This document shows, piece by piece, positions 1-11,900 of a stretch of DNA of 64,000 bases (the first letter of the stretch is position 1; each line of letters starts with the position of its first letter). The translations under genes and the position numbers were made by a program. The notes beneath the pieces are model-generated. The model made no database searches. It was not told the DNA's origin and saw nothing but the letters and a program-made list of their open reading frames with translations. Location: positions 8,501 to 72,500 of IMG/VR virus record IMGVR_UViG_3300037423_000611; one strand, written 5' to 3'. The DNA comes from a virus (taxonomy: Duplodnaviria; Caudoviricetes).

Positions 1-3000
1 ATAAATCATTATTTGTAATAATATTTCCAGTACATAAGGAAGCAATATTAACACCATATCTTGGTTGATTAGTTAAGGTTCCTTTTCTAAAAATATTACT
101 CTGTACGTTATTATAACTTGCATTACCAGTTATAATAAGATTGTCGTAAGTATTATTAGCTTGTTGGCTATTTGCTGTAATTGTATTACCGTTAATGTTA
201 TTATGAGCAGAATTTTGTTCTATTATTAAGCCTTCTTTATTATTTTCTGAGAAAGTGTTTGCTGTAATGGTATTATAATTTGAATTATATATATGAATTC
301 CACGATCTGAGTTCTGAGAACTCGTATTCCCACTAATAGTGTTTTTATTAGAATAATATACATATATCCCATCATAAACACATCCTTTGATTGTGTTCCC
401 AGTAATAGAATTATTGCCTCCGCCATTACTCAATAACGAAATACCATAACTACTGCTGTTGTTACAAATATTATTTGATGCTACATTTCCATAAATCCCT
501 GTTGATATATCTACATAAAGAATCTCTACACCAGTTGAGTTATTATTGCTAATATTTGAAGAAATAGTGTTATATGATCCTTGAACCACTATTCCATCGG
601 CTGTACAATTGGTGACGGTATTATTGGTAATAATTCCATTTGTTATGTTAGTAAGATGGATGCCTCTACCTTTCACGCTATTGATCCTTACATTATCAAT
701 AACAACATTAGAACATGCTCCTGCCGTGTAAATACCAATAGAGGAGCCAGTGTTAGTTTGATTGATTGAATTTCCTTGTATACTTAAATTTTTTATTTGT
801 ATATTTGTATTGCCATTGGTGGGATCAGAGTTTGTAAACATATATAACCACGTTCCACTAGCCCCCACTGAATTATTGGCTAATTTAATTATTGTTTGAT
901 TTCCCTGCCCCTCTATTGTTATATTCGAAGGGGTAGTAATCTGACCACTGATTGTATACGTCCCATCCATCAATACTACTTTTCCGCCATTTGAAGATAT
1001 TGAGTTGATGGCGTTATTAATGGCTACTTGTGCATTAGTAGCATTAGCAGGGACTACATAATCTGCTCTTTTTGTATTATTAGATGTAGAACCATCGGCT
1101 ACAATTACTGTTGCAGGGGTTTTACTTACACTATCATAAGCAATTCCACCAATAGTTCCGGTAATGTCTCCATTAAATGTTACACTACTACTAGGTCGAT
1201 ATGGGTTTTCTTCTGTAATAGAAGGTTTTACAATATCAGATTTCAATATCCCACTTGAGTTTATATCCTGATCCACTATCCTGTATGCCTGTACACCAAA
1301 TGTGTAATATTTATTTGCAGCCACACCATAGAGGATAAAAGATCGTTTTTCAGAAGACACATAAAATACTTGTTCACTAGCAGGGGTAGTGCCAAACGTA
1401 TAAGCAAAAGATGAACTAGATTGGTATACATATATAATGAATCCATCTATGTCATACGCATTTCCCGTTCCACTATACACCCACTCGAAACTGATATCTG
1501 CACTTCCATCTGTGTTAATGGTATGGTCAACTGCTGTTGTATCTGTCAAAACTATTGAATTGGCAGGAGTTACGTTATTTCTATCGTTTCGATTGTTAAA
1601 GTTGGTGGCAGTTGTATCCCATGTAGATTTATTGGTATCTAAAATACCTTTCGCTGTATCCCCATTGTAGGCTTGAGTTGTTAATGTGGAGGCACTTACT
1701 CCGTTGACCGTCCCAGTAATATCTCCACCAAATGCTACACTCGTACTAGGTTGATATGGATTCTCAGCAGTCAAACTTGGCTTGATTATTGCTGACTTCA
1801 AAAACCCAGTGGAATTTATATCATTATCCACAGAACGGTATGCTTGGATTCCAAAGGTGTAAAAATTATTAGCAGGTACTCCATAAAGGATGAATGCTCT
1901 TTTGTCTTTGTCTACGAAGTACGACTGTTCATTGGCAGGAGTTGTACCAAATGAATAAACAGAATTACCACTAGAAGAGTAAACATACACAACAAATCCA
2001 TCAATATCATAGGTATCTCCTGTACCCGTAAAACTCCATTCAAAACTAATATCAGCAGAACCATCAGTGTTAATAATATGGTCAATGGAAGTTCCATCAT
2101 TGGCAATGGTTGGATTGGCAGGAGTAGTTGATATTCTGTCATTTCTACTATTAAAATTTAATGCTGACTGAGATACCGTTCCAGAAGCAACCGAATTTAT
2201 AGTGCCTGCGACATCCCCTTGAAAAGAAACTGTTGCGCTAGGTAAATATGGATTTTCACCTGAAAATGTAGATTTAACAATATTTGATTTTAATACACCA
2301 TCCGGTGCAACGTCATTATCTACATCCCGATAGGCTTGAATACCAAACGTATAATAGCGATCCGCAGGTACACCATGAAGAATAAACGCTCGTTTGCTTT
2401 TGTCCACTACAAAAACCTGTTCTTTTGTAACTGTTGCACCAAATGTATACGAACTATTTTGATCACTAGAATAGATAGATATAATAAATCCATCAATGTC
2501 GTATTTGTCATCTGAAGAATAATTGGGATTGAAAGTCCAGTCAAAACTTATATCTACAGAACCATCAGTATTTGTAATGTGGTCAATAGCTGTACCATCA
2601 TTAGCAAGTATGGGATCGGCAGGAATTGTAGTCTTTCTATCATTACGGGTATCAAAATTGAGTAATAAATTATCCCAATAATGCTTCTTATTAGTTAAAT
2701 CTGTGGTAGTCTGTATAGATTTATAAAGGGATTTATAAAACTTACGCTCATCAGATTCAAAACGAGAATTGGAAGTAATAGTTAGATTTATTTTTGCTTC
2801 TTCAAAGTTTGTTTCAATCTCTGTAATTTGTGCTTGAACATCTACTTTTAGTTTGTCATATTGTACAGTAACTTTATCACCCAAAACCAACTTATCCCAG
2901 TTTCGCTGTTCAGTGACACATGCTAGGAAATTTACAATGTCCGTTTTAATAATTAATTGTGGCACATTGATTGTTTGCATTTTCTTAACTGTTGCATTAT

Positions 3001-5077
3001 ATAAATCGATGTGGTCAATGTAATTTTCATCCGTCCATTCCTGTTCTATAATGAAGGGCATTAATTCTTGATATTGTTCAGTTGTAAAGTTAGCAACATT
3101 AGTGTAAGACAGATCATTATTCATAGTGGAAATTTGACTGTTGATATTAGAAATCGCCGTATTTACATTATCTATTTCCGTTTGCTTACTTGTGATTTGT
3201 GCTAATTTATTGTCAATACTATATTTATCAACAATATCTTGAATAGGTTTTGCTGACCCCACGACCAAAGGAATAGACTGATTGTATGCTGTAGTTATCG
3301 TACTCCCTTGATTTGTTTCCACTGTTACAGCAGTAGAAATATAAATGTTTGCACTAGTAACTCCCGTTGGGAATGTTGGCAAAGTAACAGTTAACTGATT
3401 CCCTGAATCTACTGTGAATACTGATTCTGGACTTGGATTAGATTCCCCAAGAGAATTTACCCATGTGTACTGAACATAGTATGTTCCTATAGGAAGAGTT
3501 GAACTAGTATTTGCCGTTTGAGACAAAGTAGGTGCTGTGAATGGTGTTTGGGAAACATTTGTGGCGTATGCAGTTGCGTTATATTCTGCATCTGTGATTT
3601 TTACAACGACAATTTGAACATCTACATTGGTAGCAGTTCCATTTACTACTACAGACGCAACAGTTGTATTGGTAAGTTTACCTAATAAAGTCCATGTATT
3701 TGCCGTTAGTGTTTTGGATGTTCCATTTAGCGTCACATTTAAGTTAGTAGTGGAAGATACTTTCATTAATACAGCATATTTATTTGTGTTTATCAGGGTT
3801 GCAGCATTTGTTGTTAAAGTGCCATTATATGTATAATTAAAATTTGTGAGAGTATTACTCTGTTGTTGTACATATAATGTGTCTAAAATTTGTGATTTTT
3901 GCAATTGTAGACTAGACATCTCGTCTTGCTTTTGTGTGAGTAAAACTTGATTGTCTTGTAATTGATACATCAACTTCCCAAACGTACCATCTTTATATTT
4001 ACTAATTGCATCTCCAATAGTTTGACCAGTGATTGTGGTAACTGTGAAATTATTTGCATCCACAACTGTTACTTTACTGTATACATTTCCTCTGCTACCA
4101 TTTGAAATATAGTCTCCAGTAACTAAACCATGATTTGTTATGTTTATATTAGTTGCAGTAGTTCCTGTTTCCGCATAAGATGTGGTTGGTTGTTTGGTTA
4201 AGAGTTTTGCATTATAGTCAAGTATGGCGTGAGATAATGAGTCTGAAAGGTAATCACTACTTTTAAGTACATTTCTATTTGAATCACGTTGAAATGGTTG
4301 TAAGAAATAACTAAAATCATCAATTTCAACTGAACCTGTTGGATTCGCCAATTGAATAGTCAATCCATCTTTACCACTTGGCTTCAAACGGGTACAAATT
4401 TCATCTAGATTACTTTCATTATTTAACCCTTGTAAATACTGACCATACATAATTCTAAAGCCTTTATCTTGACCTATGCTTTCAGGTTTATACATATTTA
4501 CTTTTCTAAGTTCAGTATCATATGTCGCAATAGCATTATTAAATGTTTCTGCCACTTGAAGCACCATGTCTAACTTACTTTTGCTAGATACATCAAATGA
4601 GCGATATAGTAGGTCTAAGTCAGGATCAATGTAACCCACAGTCCAAGAGGTATCCGTTAATATCTCATTTAAAACTTGAGTACAATTATAGGAAGTAACT
4701 TTATAATTCCGCAATAGTTTATATTTAAGTTCATAGCCCAATGACATACATTGAACTTGTAATTCATCTTTGTCACTAGACATGACTTTTGTAATCTTTG
4801 TGATGATATACCATTCATTTGAAGTTCCTATTAAGGCTTTAACAAGGTATTTTTCCTTGATGTTATCAATATACGGTGTTCGAATTAATACATGATTCAT
4901 ATCAATTTGATATGGAACTGTAAAATTCAATTCATTAATTTTCGAAAGTATTAGTTTGTTATTTTTATTGTAAGCATGTGTAATTTTTGCGATAATTGTT
5001 CTGTTGGTATCAGGTTTAGCCAAAAACAAATCTATTTGTTGAACTTTTTTATTCAAATCCAAATCTCCGAGAGCCAT
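1..5077 (-). CDS. Large tail/baseplate-hub to tail-spike protein (3' end runs off the window): N-terminal phage tail endopeptidase-like region, three ~146-149 aa tandem repeats, C-terminal parallel beta-helix (pectin-lyase/NosD-like)
   Basis: Missing from the ORF track because it has no stop inside the window. Manual translation from ATG 5077 (GGAG RBS upstream) gives MALGDLDLNKKVQQIDLFLAKPD... and stays open to base 1. C-terminus has N/I/G-rich beta-helix repeats (e.g. NTISGNTSSQNSDRGIHIYNSNYNTITAN). Lies directly after Dit. Confidence 0.85.
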   Translation of the reverse strand, partial: MALGDLDLNKKVQQIDLFLAKPDTNRTIIAKITHAYNKNNKLILSKINELNFTVPYQIDMNHVLIRTPYIDNIKEKYLVKALIGTSNEWYIITKITKVMSSDKDELQVQCMSLGYELKYKLLRNYKVTSYNCTQVLNEILTDTSWTVGYIDPDLDLLYRSFDVSSKSKLDMVLQVAETFNNAIATYDTELRKVNMYKPESIGQDKGFRIMYGQYLQGLNNESNLDEICTRLKPSGKDGLTIQLANPTGSVEIDDFSYFLQPFQRDSNRNVLKSSDYLSDSLSHAILDYNAKLLTKQPTTSYAETGTTATNINITNHGLVTGDYISNGSRGNVYSKVTVVDANNFTVTTITGQTIGDAISKYKDGTFGKLMYQLQDNQVLLTQKQDEMSSLQLQKSQILDTLYVQQQSNTLTNFNYTYNGTLTTNAATLINTNKYAVLMKVSSTTNLNVTLNGTSKTLTANTWTLLGKLTNTTVASVVVNGTATNVDVQIVVVKITDAEYNATAYATNVSQTPFTAPTLSQTANTSSTLPIGTYYVQYTWVNSLGESNPSPESVFTVDSGNQLTVTLPTFPTGVTSANIYISTAVTVETNQGSTITTAYNQSIPLVVGSAKPIQDIVDKYSIDNKLAQITSKQTEIDNVNTAISNINSQISTMNNDLSYTNVANFTTEQYQELMPFIIEQEWTDENYIDHIDLYNATVKKMQTINVPQLIIKTDIVNFLACVTEQRNWDKLVLGDKVTVQYDKLKVDVQAQITEIETNFEEAKINLTITSNSRFESDERKFYKSLYKSIQTTTDLTNKKHYWDNLLLNFDTRNDRKTTIPADPILANDGTAIDHITNTDGSVDISFDWTFNPNYSSDDKYDIDGFIISIYSSDQNSSYTFGATVTKEQVFVVDKSKRAFILHGVPADRYYTFGIQAYRDVDNDVAPDGVLKSNIVKSTFSGENPYLPSATVSFQGDVAGTINSVASGTVSQSALNFNSRNDRISTTPANPTIANDGTSIDHIINTDGSADISFEWSFTGTGDTYDIDGFVVYVYSSSGNSVYSFGTTPANEQSYFVDKDKRAFILYGVPANNFYTFGIQAYRSVDNDINSTGFLKSAIIKPSLTAENPYQPSTSVAFGGDITGTVNGVSASTLTTQAYNGDTAKGILDTNKSTWDTTATNFNNRNDRNNVTPANSIVLTDTTAVDHTINTDGSADISFEWVYSGTGNAYDIDGFIIYVYQSSSSFAYTFGTTPASEQVFYVSSEKRSFILYGVAANKYYTFGVQAYRIVDQDINSSGILKSDIVKPSITEENPYRPSSSVTFNGDITGTIGGIAYDSVSKTPATVIVADGSTSNNTKRADYVVPANATNAQVAINNAINSISSNGGKVVLMDGTYTISGQITTPSNITIEGQGNQTIIKLANNSVGASGTWLYMFTNSDPTNGNTNIQIKNLSIQGNSINQTNTGSSIGIYTAGACSNVVIDNVRINSVKGRGIHLTNITNGIITNNTVTNCTADGIVVQGSYNTISSNISNNNSTGVEILYVDISTGIYGNVASNNICNNSSSYGISLLSNGGGNNSITGNTIKGCVYDGIYVYYSNKNTISGNTSSQNSDRGIHIYNSNYNTITANTFSENNKEGLIIEQNSAHNNINGNTITANSQQANNTYDNLIITGNASYNNVQSNIFRKGTLTNQPRYGVNIASLCTGNIITNNDL
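1166..2659 (-). repeat. Three tandem ~146-149 aa repeats in the tail protein (approx. 2213-2659, 1721-2158, 1166-1603)
   Basis: Each unit reads NFxxRNDR..PA.......T.(I/V)DH..NTDGS.DISF(E/D)W....YDIDGF....YxFG...EQ.F.V...KR.FIL.GV.A..(Y/F)YTFG(I/V)QAYR.VD.D...G.LKS.I.K....ENPY.PS..V.F.GD. Confidence 0.9.
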
Positions 5078-5091
5078 TCTATACAACTCCT

Positions 5092-5874
5092 TTATCCTTG
5101 CATTAAACGATAACTATATCTAAACTGTAATTTACAGTTACCTTTTACTAAGAGATTGTTAACTCCAACTAGCAATTCAAGCCAATTATTATTAAAATTG
5201 CTATAACGGTATTGTCCAACAACATCTGTTGTTATGAATTGATTAAAGTTATCAATGTATACTGTCTCGTTGGCATTCAAACTTACAAATTTAAACTCAA
5301 TATTTCCATTACTTTGATTAAATATAGAGACTGTTTGGTTGGCAGTAATATTGGTAATCCATATTTCTGGATATAGAGACAAATCCCCATTGTTCGTAAA
5401 TGTCAGTGTCGTTCCTGCTACTGGATTAGATGAATAATCGTATAATGGACTTGCATAGATTGGACTATAAGCGTAAGCATCAGAGCATCTAAACTTAAGT
5501 TTTACATACCCTTGTTTTAGACTGTTATGCACTAATGTTGGACTGTCAACTACAACTGCCCAAAATATTCGGTCTGGATTATCTGAAAAATATAAAGGCT
5601 TATAATAGGACTTCAATAGCCATTGACCTATTTTACGAATAGAAGTATTATCCCACGAATCTATAAAGGCAAATTCAACTTCAAACTCAAGTGGTTTTTC
5701 TCTTATTTCTTGAAAGTATGGTACAGTTCTTCCACGCACAGTTTGTTCTAGTATTTCACGTCCATTTGAAAAGGGCTCTTCTTGCATACCAGAAGATACG
5801 TTGACATTGTAAAGTCCCATAGTGGCACTAGACACTCCATCATAAGTAAAATCCAAAGATTCTCTAATAGTCAT
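5092..5874 (-). CDS. Distal tail protein (Dit / Sipho_tail family)
   Basis: 260 aa with typical Dit pattern (FTYDGVSS..., LYFSDNPDRIFWA, NNGDLSLYPEI, WLELLVGVNNL). Sits between tape measure and tail spike. Confidence 0.85.
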   Translation of the reverse strand: MTIRESLDFTYDGVSSATMGLYNVNVSSGMQEEPFSNGREILEQTVRGRTVPYFQEIREKPLEFEVEFAFIDSWDNTSIRKIGQWLLKSYYKPLYFSDNPDRIFWAVVVDSPTLVHNSLKQGYVKLKFRCSDAYAYSPIYASPLYDYSSNPVAGTTLTFTNNGDLSLYPEIWITNITANQTVSIFNQSNGNIEFKFVSLNANETVYIDNFNQFITTDVVGQYRYSNFNNNWLELLVGVNNLLVKGNCKLQFRYSYRLMQG

Positions 5875-5926
5875 AGATTTTCTACTCCTTTCTATAAAAT
5901 AAAAAAGGAGTAGAGTAATCTACTCC

Positions 5927-8900
5927 TCAAATGTTACCTCCCCATTTCTTAACTTCGGTTACAACCTTAGAAAATAACCAATCCGCACCCTTCTGATCAC
6001 CTGAAATAGTATTTCCTGTAATATTGATATTGATTGTCTTTCCATCACCTACCGCAGCAGATGGCGAGAGTGTTGGTAAAGAAGGTAATCGTAAATAGTT
6101 TGCTAAATTCCTAACAATATCTACAGTTTTCAATATGTTAGAAGTATCGAATTTATTAAGAACTAGTTCCTTTTCATGTAATAAAGCAATCTTGCCATCA
6201 GACCCCCAACTCGGTGTCATCCCCCCAGTGTCGTACCCTTTTGCACCCGCTGCATGTAAAGCAGAAGACAAGTTACTGTATGAATTCCCTCCATAACTCC
6301 ATCCACTTGAAGTTTGGGTGACTCCATCTGATGAACTACTACCACTATGACTTGAAGAAGACCCTGAAGATGAACTATTAGATGATGAATGACTTCCCTC
6401 AGACGAAGAAGAACTGCTTCCAGATGAATAGTTGCCACCATTATGTTGAGATTCATTATAAAACACTGTACCTGCTGGAATTGTAACTCCATCGATTACC
6501 GTATCTTTAAGAACAGTAGTCGCTCCGTCACTATTAACTGATACCGAATCAGAAGGAAACGATGCGCCACCTACAGAAACGCCACCTTGTAGTGGTAACT
6601 GTAATTGTTGTTGAATTTGAAGATTTAATTGTTGAAGCATCGCTAAATTTTGCTGTGCTTCTTTAAGTTTGTCAATCAATCCATTCTTGATGTTTTCTCC
6701 TATACCAGACATAGTGCCACTTAAAGATGAAGTGAAACGATTTAAATCAGACATTACCGAATCTAAATGACCTTGCATGATTTGCTCTCGAATCTGTGCA
6801 AATTTACGCTCGTCACCAATTAAATCATCATACATTTTTTCTGTGGCAGTTTTTTGTTTGTCTAGGGAATCCTTAGTGGCATTATATTTATCATCTTCTG
6901 CCTTTTTCTTATCTTCTGCTTCATTTTTATTAGTGTCGAGAATATCTTGTAGAGTTTTCTTACGAATATCTTTCTCATGGTCATGCTTTAACTTTTGAAT
7001 TTCCTGATCTTGTTTTAATAAATCCTTTTGTAATTCGTCACGTTGCTTTTTACCTTCAGGACTATTATCCAAGTTAAGGAGATTCAATTTATTTTGTGTT
7101 TCTTGACGCTCTTTTTCTTTTTGCGCTAATTCTTGAGCATATACTTCAGCAGAATACTGATCGTCAATTAACTTTAATTTTGCACTGACTACATCTTCAA
7201 ACTTTTTCTGCTCGTATTCTAAATTCTCAACGTAAGTTTTATGACGTAAATCTTCTGCTTTAACTTGTTCCTCAATAGCATCAACAGCAGCTTTTTTCTG
7301 TGCCTCGTAAATTTTCTTGTAAGCGTCAATGACTTCATCAGCAATCTTCGATTTCTCTTCATTAATGTCATGTTGAAGTTGGAATGATTTTGTCTGAGAG
7401 TCGATTAAATCCTTCTCAAGTTTCTTACGTTCATCTTCAGAAAGTTTTTGTGTGTCAAGAGTATTTCGGATGGACTTTTGATATTCTTGCTCAAGAGCAA
7501 TTTTCTTAGATGTTAGAAGTAAGATTTGTTGCGTTTCATCAGTATATTGCTGTGAAGTTTGGTCGAATAAGTCACGTTGCGTTTTATGTAAGTTGACTTC
7601 TTGATCAATGGAGTCGATGAGTTCACGTTGGGCTTGTAACTGACTTTCAACTTGGTCAACCTTTATCTTGCTAATTTGTTGTTCATAATTCCACCAAGAA
7701 ATTCCAAGTTCAGTTAACTTCTCATTTAGTGAATCTACTTGAACGGCAGTCAATTTGTGTTGCTCATCTGCTTCTTCATTGGCTTTTAATGTATTTCTTA
7801 TTGACTCAGCTTCCAAATGCAAGTTGTCTTGTTTTTGCTTTAGTAATGGAATTTGCTTACCTAATTCAACACGATACTCTTGAGAAGTGTTATTATATTG
7901 AAATAAATGAGAGTTAGATGCCTCGATATCTTTATCTAGAAGTTGGTTAGCATGTTCAAATTCTTCAAGTTGAGAAGTAACTTGCTCGAAGTCTAGATTC
8001 TTCAACTCTTGTTTCCACTGGTCAATAGACTTCTTGCGTTCAAGTAGAGTTTTCTGGAAGTCGGCATCAGATACAGCGTCTTTCCCTGTGGTAATTCCAC
8101 CAAGTTGACCATAAAACTTGGATACACCATTTGCCCAATCCGAATTCATGTTGTTAGGGTCATTGTCAGCACCAATTGGAGCGTACTTCTTCTGAATATC
8201 AGAAATAGACGTTAAACCTTGTTGAATATAATTTCTAGCAAGATTAGACACCATTGCATAGATACCTTCTGAAAGGTTATCAAAATGCATCTTACCGGAA
8301 GATGTCATCATACCACCAACATTGTTATAGTTGGTGTTTGAGCCATTTCCAGTTTCGTGCATAGAAATAGCCATAGCAAGTAGGGGATCTACACCGAATT
8401 TATTGGCTGCTTCAACAAATGTAGATTCGTAACCTGAGAGATTACCACCAAGTTTACCGGATGCAGAAGTGACACCATTGTTGGATTGAACAAGTTTCTT
8501 CCCACTAACCGCTTTTCCCGTTTTCTCCATAGTCGCCAAGTCTTTTTCAGCAAGAGCTATTTTATCTTCAATAGCCTTTTTCTCTGCTGCCAGGGCTTTG
8601 CGATATTCTTCGGAGTATTTAGGGTAATCTTGGAGTTGGTTTTTGATGGCATCTAGGGCTATATCGAGTTTGTTAATTGCGAGAGTGTAAGCATCGGTTG
8701 CTTGGGTGGATTTGTTGGTTTCTTTAGGGTCTGCTAGAAGAGCATCTTTGACAGAAGAAAGATAGGTACTTTGATTTTTTAATGCTTCAAGTTGTTTATT
8801 TAAATTATTAAGTTCTGTGACTCTTCCTGATCTTCTTCTTTCATCTTCCGTCATTAATGTGCTTTGTGTATTTGCTGCATTAATCCTTTTTTGAAGTTGA

Positions 8901-11900
8901 TCTATATATTCGTCTGTCTTGTTCTTTTCATCATCAATCCACTTGATATTTTGTTCTTTTGCATTTTTGATATAATCAATAACTGCATCTTTACCTTTAG
9001 AAAGGACACTTGCAAAATCTTGATGTTTTACAATTAACTTATCTAGTGTCTCAGCGGAGATATGACCTTGATCACGCATTTCAGTAAATGCTTTATTAAG
9101 AATATCTATTTCTTTACTAGACTCTTCTACTCTTTGAGTCAAAGCACCAAGTGCCGAAGTTTTTTCAGATGTTTCGTCATTTTCTTGAACTGCATTTATA
9201 TTCTTTTTTAATGCGTCTGTGGCGCTGACAACGCCATTTTTAAAATCCTCAATAGCCTTTTGCCTATCTTCGATTCCTTTTTTTTGGGCTAGTAAATCAT
9301 CTTGTTTTTGTAAAGCCTTAGACAATTCTGGAGCCTTGGACATGTAAACAGAAATTTCAGAAACATATTTACCAAATTCTTCGTACGCCTGATTAGAACG
9401 GTCATTCAGTTGATCGACCAGAGATGTATTGCCAACTTTCCTAGCATCCTCTATTTGTTGGTTGTATAATTTTTGTCTTTCTTTATACTCAGTTTTAGCA
9501 TCTTCAATCGCTTGAACATGATATTTCTGTTGATATTGATAAATATCGTCAGATGTATTTTTCATTTTTGATTCATATTCATCGATATCTTTTTTGTTCT
9601 TCTCTAAATCATTGTTGACAATACTTAAATCAAGTTTGTTTTTCAAGTCTGCGTTCTTAAGTTGCTCATCACTCATCTTCTTTAATGTATCTGTGAACTG
9701 TTTGGCTTTAGTCGCATTGATATCTAATGAGTCTCCATACTTACCCATACTTTCGACAAGTTGAGGAGCGATGGATTTAATTTGTTGCATAACTTGATTT
9801 AATTCGTCTTGTTTTTGTTTATTATTTTCTGCTTGAGGTTTTAATTCGTTATACTTTTGAACTAATTTATCAATGTTGTCTGCTGTTTCTCTAGTTTTTA
9901 ATCCATTTTCCATTAAGGATTGTGCGCTGCTATCAGCAGATTTAGAAACACTCATGAAAGATGCTCCCAAAGTTTCAAGAGCAACCAAAGTAATACCAAT
10001 CCATCCAGCAGATAATTTTGCAACTTTGAATGCTTCAGATAAAAATATAATAGCTTTACCTAATCCATATACGCCTGCTGCAATAATTGGAAGTTTGACA
10101 TTCCATCCGTCTGTCGCTTTTGTAAATTCAGTGAATCCATGAGTTAAACTTGTAACAGCATCAATTGTCCCTCTAAAAATATTAGTTAAACCAGAACCAC
10201 CAACAACAAGACTCAATTCAGTCCAATTAGTCTTTAGTTTATTAATGGACGCTTCGATACTTTGAAGATAACGTTCATTTTCTTGAGTTGCCGAACCAAA
10301 AGATTTTAGAGATTTTTCCGAAGCGTTAGTGGCTATTTGAAAATTGTCGAATAAGGCAAGAAACCTCGTTAATTGAAATCTACCAGCCTCAGCAACAGCA
10401 ATATTTTCTTTCTGTGTGCTCGTGAGTGAATTCCAACGAGTGGCCAAATCTTTAATAATGTCATCGACTTTTCTAACTTCACCTGTATATTTATCAAATA
10501 CATCAACACCTACAGCAGATAGAGCATTTACAGATTGATCAGAAGAAAATCGGGAGAAAATTGTTTTTAAAGAGTTACCAATTACATTACCCGATTCTCT
10601 GGTAACTGAACCTATTGCGGTTATATATCCCAAGACATTATCAATACTTGCCCCATAGGTGTGCGCTGTAGCTGCGCTTTTACTTAAAGCATCACTTAGC
10701 GTTTTAGTATCAACAGCAAAGTTGTTAGAAACATTATTTAATTTGTCAACTATTGTTATTGAATCTTTAGCTGCAATACCGAAAGATATCATTGTTGCAG
10801 TGAGGTTATCCATCGATTCCTTTGCACTTAATTCACTAACGTTTGTTTGAAGCATTGCGGTATGAGTCATAGCAAGTGCATCTGCTGCGCTATAGCCTTG
10901 TTGTGCAAAGCCAATAAGAGCCTCATTTGTATCTGATAAAGATTTTCCTAATTCATTACTTATTTGTAAACTACCTTGTAGAATTTGATTCATGTTAGTT
11001 CCAGCATCCATAACACGAGACAATTGTGTCATTTGTGTGTCTATTTCTTTGATTGTGTCCAACATTGAATGTAGTGCTCGTTGCGCTCCAAATACCAAAC
11101 CACCACCAACAGACCAAAGAAACATTGAGGATATTGCGTGACTAACTTTCCCTGAAATTGAGTTTGCTGTTTCAGTAGCATCAACTTTTAATAATTTCAA
11201 TTCTTGTCTAAGTTTAACTAATTCTGTTTCTGCGCTTACGCTTGCAGGATTTATTTCTCTTATACGTGAGACTAAGTTTTCAAGTTGTTTAGTATCAATA
11301 TTACCATGATAAGATGCTTGAGCCTGTTTTGCTGCAATAAGTAAATCTTCTTGAGACTTTGTGTTATTTTGAGACTGTTTTTGCAACTGCTCTGCTTGTT
11401 TTACTTCGTCTTTTTGAATCTTAATTATTTCGTTTTGTTTTCTTTGTTCTTCTTGAATGGCTAAATCAGCCAATTTCTTCCTTATATTTTGCTCTTCTTT
11501 AAGAACAGATTCCCTTTCTGCTTCTGCTTTTTTTGCTAACTTAACCTCATTATCAAATTCTTTTTGTGCTTCTTGATCTTTCTTTTGTTGATACTTCAAT
11601 TCATTTTGAAATAATTGTTCATTTAATTTATCTGATTGGTCGAGTATTGTTTTAGCAGATAATAAAAATTGCGTATCATATGAACCATTTTTGTTGGCAA
11701 CATACAATGGCGTATATTTCATTTTTTCAATAATGCCATTTGTTTTCTCTAATTCGATGTTGTAATTTTTAATTCTGCCCGTTTCTTCATCAATATTTGT
11801 TTTGATTTTAACTTGACCAAGTTTTTTATATTCGTTTTCAATATCTTGAATAGTTATTTTGATATCTCTGCCATCTTGTTTAAGTTTTTCTATGTATTCA

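Noticed and set aside
1166-2659. Possible diversity-generating retroelement TR/VR pair in the tail repeats
   Set aside because: The repeats are all in-frame coding units with dispersed synonymous divergence rather than adenine-specific differences, and no reverse transcriptase is in the window.
226-3836. Short track ORFs overlapping the tail-spike gene (226-426, 581-769, 1028-1258, 1437-1670, 1912-2142, 3627-3836)
   Set aside because: They are antisense or alternate-frame shadows of the long minus-strand ORF 1-5077 and lack convincing RBSs.
6300-6430. gaagatgaa/gatgaact-type repeats
   Set aside because: They simply encode the Ser/Gly-rich linker of the tape measure protein; there is no repeat-spacer structure, so this is not CRISPR.
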